A stretch of DNA of 59,212 nt, filler included, from Sluysia triapertura (Eukaryota): NCBI GenBank assembly GCA_046118255.1. It is 4 parts of 4 records of this genome, joined end to end, with 100 filler letters (N's around TTAATTAATTAA, not from the genome) between each part and the next. Parts side by side here need not be neighbours in the genome. Positions count along the whole stretch, not along the records: positions 46,789 to 59,212 come from JBJNIA010110869.1; 3 more parts are not named here. One strand, 5' to 3'. Within the stretch, counting starts at the first letter, position 1. The number at the start of each line of letters is the position of its first letter. Both the position numbers and the translations under genes were made by a program. Below the pieces are notes generated by a model that did not search any database, had not been told where the DNA came from, and was given only the letters and a program-made list of their open reading frames with translations. Below are positions 54,083-59,212 of this stretch, in pieces.

Positions 54083-54516
54083 TTGATTGATGTTCCGCGT
54101 TATTTCGAGCATAATCCGGCATCGTTGAATCTAGGTCATTTCAATGATCAGATCACTACAATTCAACTTGATCAAACTGTCAGGGAAGCTACTGATATTT
54201 TCTGTTTTAATCATATTTCCGCTCTGCCTGTGGTTAACGCAAACAATCAACTAATTGATATTTATACAAAGCATGATATAATTAATTCGGTTTAAAAAAA
54301 TATTTAGACATTTAGAAATAACTGTAGCAGATGCCTTTAGATATCGTAAAGAAAAAATAACTCTGTGTGTCTGTAAAGAAAGTGACAGTTTAAAAAAAAA
54401 TTCTGGAAATAATAAACAATGCTCAAGTGCATCGTATTTTTATAATCAATGAAAATTATCATACATTTGGTGTCATCTCATTGTCTGATATTTTATCTAT
54501 TTTACGCGAAGTATAA
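54083..54516 (+). pseudogene. AMPK gamma subunit (SNF4/PRKAG) CBS3-CBS4 fragment with two frameshifts
   Basis: HISALPVVN..QLIDIYTKHDIIN / LEITVADAFRYR..CKESDSL / ILEIINNAQVHRIFIINEN..GVISLSDIL. Breaks fall in A-runs at ~54294-54300 and ~54392-54400; stop at 54514-54516. Confidence 0.8.
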
Positions 54517-54596
54517 CACATTTTTAGTTTGTTAGTAATATATTTTAATATACGTTTAAAAAATCAATTCTAAAAATTATAAAAATATTTTTAAGT

Positions 54597-54792
54597 ATAT
54601 AATAAGTACTTTCTAAAAATTCATAAATTAAAAAAACACGGAATTGGTCACAAAATTACTCAAATAAATTTTGTAGCATCTTCTGCTTTATCAAATCAAT
54701 CGAATCAAGAGATAAATAAACAGAGAACAGAAACTCCAGACAAAACAGAAGAGAAGCCTTTAGATCTCAGTTTACCAAAACATCTTGCTTAA
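54597..54792 (+). pseudogene. Fragment of a C2H2 zinc-finger transcription factor with a PLDLS CtBP-binding motif
   Basis: Frame YNKYFLKIHKLKKHGI (second half of a finger, H-x4-H) ... EEKPLDLSLPK, with PLDLS at 54757-54771. Confidence 0.5.
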
Positions 54793-55400
54793 TCATAGAT
54801 AATTCTAAAATATTTTTACGTTGTCATACACATTTCAAATGGATTTTGTGACAAGATCAAAAACAAGTAAAGTACTTTAAAGTACAATTATCAAAATAAT
54901 GAATCTGAGAAAGATGATACACAGAAGCAAAATGTCTTGCAAGAAGCAACAAAATCAGCGATTAATGAAAAATATTCAGAATCTTCGAAAAGAATTAAAC
55001 TATTATGTGAAATATTTTTGAAAGTTCAAGAAAGAGATAATGTACATGACAATGATGCAAATCAACAAAAATATTCCATTAATTAGCCAATTTTGAACTA
55101 CTTTGGTTTAAATAATTACCACCTCTGTCAGTTACTCAGAAAATTTAAATTTAATGCAACACATCCAATATTCAGATTTCAACATACTTAATCTGCATTT
55201 ATTTAGGGTATAAAAATATATAAAATAGTTTAAAATAGTAATAAAAATTTCATAAGATTTTTAAAATGATTAAAAATTTTGATCCTAAAAAAAATCAATA
55301 ATTATCATAGCAATTCATCTTAAATTGTTTGTACAATTATTCTCCAAATGATACCATTTCTATATATTGATTTGAAAAACCAGTTAGTAATAGTCTCGTT

Positions 55401-56600
55401 ATGTCGATTCCGTCATTCATTTTTAACGTTGCTCATGTTTTAATTTCATTGTTGTATTTTAACTCAAAATCATGCAACAATGACAATTACATTTCCACAG
55501 AAAATCACGAAAATGATATGATTAGACTAAAATGTCACAAGCATCCACCAATAGTAACAGTTCGTGCTCATTCATTGATTATGTTCAGAGGTTGTGTTTA
55601 TGTTGCAGCTGCTGCTTTAATTTTAGCTAAAGTTATGGATACATTTCGAATGAAGTTTTCTAATAGTGTTACGTATGCTACAGGTTTAATGGATGTGGAT
55701 TTTGGTAATTTTGTAACATTATGGGTATATTTAGACCTAGTCGTCATTGGATTAGTAACAGAAATATTCACAATAAAATAAAAGCAATGTTTTACACAAT
55801 ATATTCTTCTGTATTTTCACTGATAATCGGTTGTATTTATCGAACTATTCAAATAATTTTGTTGATTCACAAAGAGAATTTTACAGATGGACTTTTAACA
55901 TATTTTATATAATTTCCATTGTAATTTTATGGAATTGTTTTGTTTCAATATCATACCGTTTTGGTTCGTATCTATATTTATCGCTGTTATTTTCGAAATT
56001 ATTTTAACGGTTTTTGAGGCTAAAAGTAGCATAAAAACTTATAATAACCAAAAAGTTACGAATTTTTTCGAATCAAATGCTGAGTTGATTTTTTTATTAT
56101 TGGTTTGCACACGTATTTTATGGGAACTTTTATTGGTCAATTTATTCTTAAAACATGTTCAAGATGTCAAGAAACAAAGATGAAACCGACGTAAAAAACG
56201 GCTTTGATGATATTTTTTATTTCGTTTTTATTATCTCTTATATATTCATTTAATCAACACTATAATATAACAGAACCATCATCATGGAAACTGTGTAAAT
56301 TATCTTATGATATTTGGATAGTTCCTTTTTTTCTGTACGATATTGATATAGAAATGTTGGTAAAAATTAATGAATACAAAATATATGATACAAATTTCAC
56401 TAGTTCTGCAGGAATAGAAATGAAAATGTCCTTTATGGTACAGCTAGTGTTATTATTAACCTTGTTTATATTCTTTGTTTACTTGTTATATTTTATGTAT
56501 AATACAATATCATACTTTGTTACTGTTTTAAATTCGTTAATTTTTACAGGCCTTAAGCCTATTTCTTTTGTAATTATAAAATTAAAGTTGAATTGTTTTT
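55401..56600 (+). pseudogene. Multi-pass membrane protein, TRC8_N (RNF139/RNF145)-like, frameshifted and lacking the RING domain
   Basis: Four consecutive hydrophobic ORFs. IPSFIF, YVAAAALIL, NFVTLWVYLDLVVIGL..IFTIK, GLLTYF..FNIIPFWFVSIF and WKLCKL occur in the same order as corresponding RNF145 N-terminal blocks (from memory). Confidence 0.5.
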
Positions 56601-56684
56601 ACTTAATTTATGTTGTATTTTTTCTCAATAAAAAATTTAAAATAAATAAAAAGATTAATGGCTTCTTAAAAATAAATTGTTTAA

Positions 56685-59212
56685 CGCTTCCAACACGGCC
56701 ATCTACATTAGTTAATCATGACATACAATCTGCACGTTTATTCTGTGCTCCTGGTCTATAAATGACTTCTATGTTAAACTCTGCTAATTTGTTAAACCAA
56801 CTGTTTAACCTGCTGACCTCGTCCCAATGATTATATAGATATGTTAGCGGTTTGTGATCGGTGTACAAATAATTTGCATGCGTGTACTATGGCTAAACAT
56901 TCTCTTTCAATGGTCGAATAATTTATCTCGGCCTTATTTAATCGTCGACTAGCGAACACAATTACTGCTTCCGAATTATTTTTGTCTTTCTGTCCTAAGA
57001 TTGCACCAATAGCATAGTTACTAGCATCAGTGGTCAATATAAATGGTTTATTAATATCTGGAAAAATCAGTATTGGTACCGTAGAATCGTTCTTTTAGTT
57101 CCTTAAATGCCTTGGTTTGTTCGTCTGTCCAATTAAATTCGACATTTTTCCTTGTTAACTTCCTGAGAGGTTGTGCTATCTTAGCAAAATTTTTAAAGAA
57201 TCTTCTATAATAATTAGCTAATCCTATAAAACTTTGAATCTTTTTCACATTATCAGGTTGTGAAAATTTTACTACTCTTTCTTTGTTTCTCGGATTAGGC
57301 TTTATTCCATATTTTGATACTATGGGTCCTAAAAATTCAACTTTTTCCTCGGCCCAAACGCATTTGGTTGGTTTAATTTTTAATCTAGCTATTTCTAGTC
57401 TGTTTAAAATATTGTCGGTATCTTTTATATATGTATCGAAATCTTTAGAAAATATTATTATGTCATCGCTATACACCATAACACTTTTGCATCCTGATGG
57501 TACAAAATTCATGCACTTTTGGAAAGTTGCAAGAGCACTAGTTAGTCCAAGTGGCATCTTTTCACACTCATATAGTTCATCGCCACAAGTGAATGCGGTT
57601 TTGTGTTTATCTTTTTCAGCGATTTCGATTTGCCAATAACCGCTTTGTAAGTCAAAAGTAGTAAAGTATGTGGCGTTTCCTAATTTGTCCAGAATTTCAT
57701 CTATCCGAGGTAAAGGGAATACGTCCTTCCTTGTTATCTTATTTAGTTCCCTAAAGTCTCTACAGAATTATTTTAGTACTGCTTAATAGAGATTTATAAT
57801 AATATTAATTTGTAAATTGTGGTGGTGGTGTTTTTGATTTTATTTTTAAGAGCTTAATTTTGTGGTAATAGTTATTAATATTAAGTAAGAAGATTACTGC
57901 AAAATTATACTTGATATACTGACTACTTAAATTATTATTTTTTAAAGCTAATTGAGTTAATATTGAGTTATAATAACTAATAATTTTTAAAGACTCAACA
58001 ACTCCGACCTTTTTCATCGTGTCTATTTGCTCTTGCATCTCCTTTTGATTACATATGGGTATTCTGTATGGCTTTTTTCGGATTACTTTATCTATTATTA
58101 ACGGAATTTCGTATATTATTATTACAGAGTCTCCAATATCGTATTTATTTCTCGCTATTGCTCTTGGGTATCGGTAAATAACACTGTATAATTGATCTAT
58201 CTGTTTCCTAATCAAATTTTTATTAATAATTTCTATTTCGCCATAATCTTCATCTTGTATTTCATGTTGTAACTTTATATTACTTTTTATCTTATCTTCA
58301 TTTTTATTTTCCGAAATTAAGTTAATGTTTGTCGGTATCGTACATTTAACTATTTTTCCTAATTTTGTTTATGTATAAAGCTATTTATTATCATTTGTGT
58401 AGTTTATAATCCTAACAGGTATTTTCCCTTCACGGTTATTACATACTACACTAGCTATTCCTATGTCTACTTTTTCTTGATTAACCGATAAACATGATAT
58501 TTCCGGTTAATAAATTGTTTGTTTTGACAGGCATTATATATTCACTTCTTTTTACTAACCAGATTCGTTCATCAATATATACGTCAATAGCTCTATTCGA
58601 TCGACTATCCATTAATTTTACTTGGACAAAATCCAGTGTTATTCCTTTTAATTGAGATAATATGTCTATTGCCATTATCATTTCTTCTGGACATTTTTTC
58701 ATAACTCTTAATTTAATTTCTAACCTGTTTTGTCCTAATTTACATATAGCTTTTATCACTCCGGTTATGTTAATTGCATCATCTGTAATTCCTGATAGAT
58801 GAGAGGTATGATTAGCTAAATTTTTTAATTCATCCTATTTAAGAAATTTTCATTGATTAAGGAGGCTATTGATACTCTACCATTTATTCTAGCATTTACT
58901 ATTGGTCTCTTTGGTTCATTATAATTGTTATTAGTGCATATCATATAGATTACATGCGGTGGTGGTTGTTTCTATGTTTTTCTGAATTTCAATACATTTT
59001 TGATTTTCTATTATTTCTTCATTTTCACTGTTTTGTAATGTTTATAATTGTTGTCTTTCTTCTGTGTATTCCCTTTCTTTTCTTAATGCATTTATTTGGT
59101 GCAAGAGGTATTTTTCCAGGAACTGAAAACATATAATTATCAATTTCCACGTAAATCCTTAGATTTTATAAATTTAGTCTACTAAAAAGCTTGAGAAATT
59201 ATCAAAGCTATT
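56685..59212 (-). mobile_element. Decayed Ty3/Gypsy LTR retrotransposon internal region (gag end, protease, RT, RNase H; integrase missing)
   Basis: DFRELNKIT..D.FPLPRIDEILD.LG..YFTTFDLQSGYWQI, MPLGL..A.ATFQ, Y(S)DDII, TDASNYAIGAIL..YSTIERECLAIV and YRPG.QN..AD. Frameshifts plus an unrelated insert at ~57767-57990. Confidence 0.95.

Noticed and set aside
54290-54307. 18-bp GT-AG micro-intron rescuing the AMPK-gamma frame
   Set aside because: Splicing it out leaves the downstream CBS sequence in the wrong frame.
16950-54516. Alternative genetic code (TAA/TAG read as Gln) to explain in-frame stops in gene-like regions
   Set aside because: About 535 afadin codons contain no in-frame TAA/TAG, AMPK-gamma ends in TAA at the expected position, the CEP97 TAG aligns to Leu (TTG), and frameshifts accompany the stops.
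57283-57639. Plus-strand 118-aa ORF, and the tail of ORF 56204-56761
   Set aside because: Antisense shadows of the Gypsy RT/RNase H.

Overview
Very AT-rich, repeat-dense eukaryotic (animal) genomic scaffold with GT-AG introns as short as 37 bp; the species cannot be identified from sequence alone. The only gene that reads cleanly is the 3' half of an afadin/AF-6 (canoe) homologue on the minus strand: six phase-0 exons, 28883-31317, DIL + PDZ + Pro-rich tail. Its 5' exons are not visible. The rest is (i) transposon debris: several Tc1/mariner families, pogo/Tc2, a hAT MITE with a perfect 8-bp TSD, a 71-bp piggyBac-type element, two L2/CR1 LINE ends, an RLE-type non-LTR scrap, a Ty3/Gypsy pol and a tRNA-containing repeat; and (ii) an unusually dense set of broken fragments of unrelated host genes, recognised by manual translation: CCCH zinc finger, NSD-like PHD/PWWP array, LDLa/CADG-like, EGF/follistatin-like, CEP97, AMPK-gamma, C2H2+PLDLS and TRC8/RNF145-like. 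Four of these lie co-oriented between 50.1 and 56.6 kb. Three gaps carry an artificial TTAATTAATTAA linker, so adjacency across them is unverified. All family assignments are from recalled motifs, not database searches.
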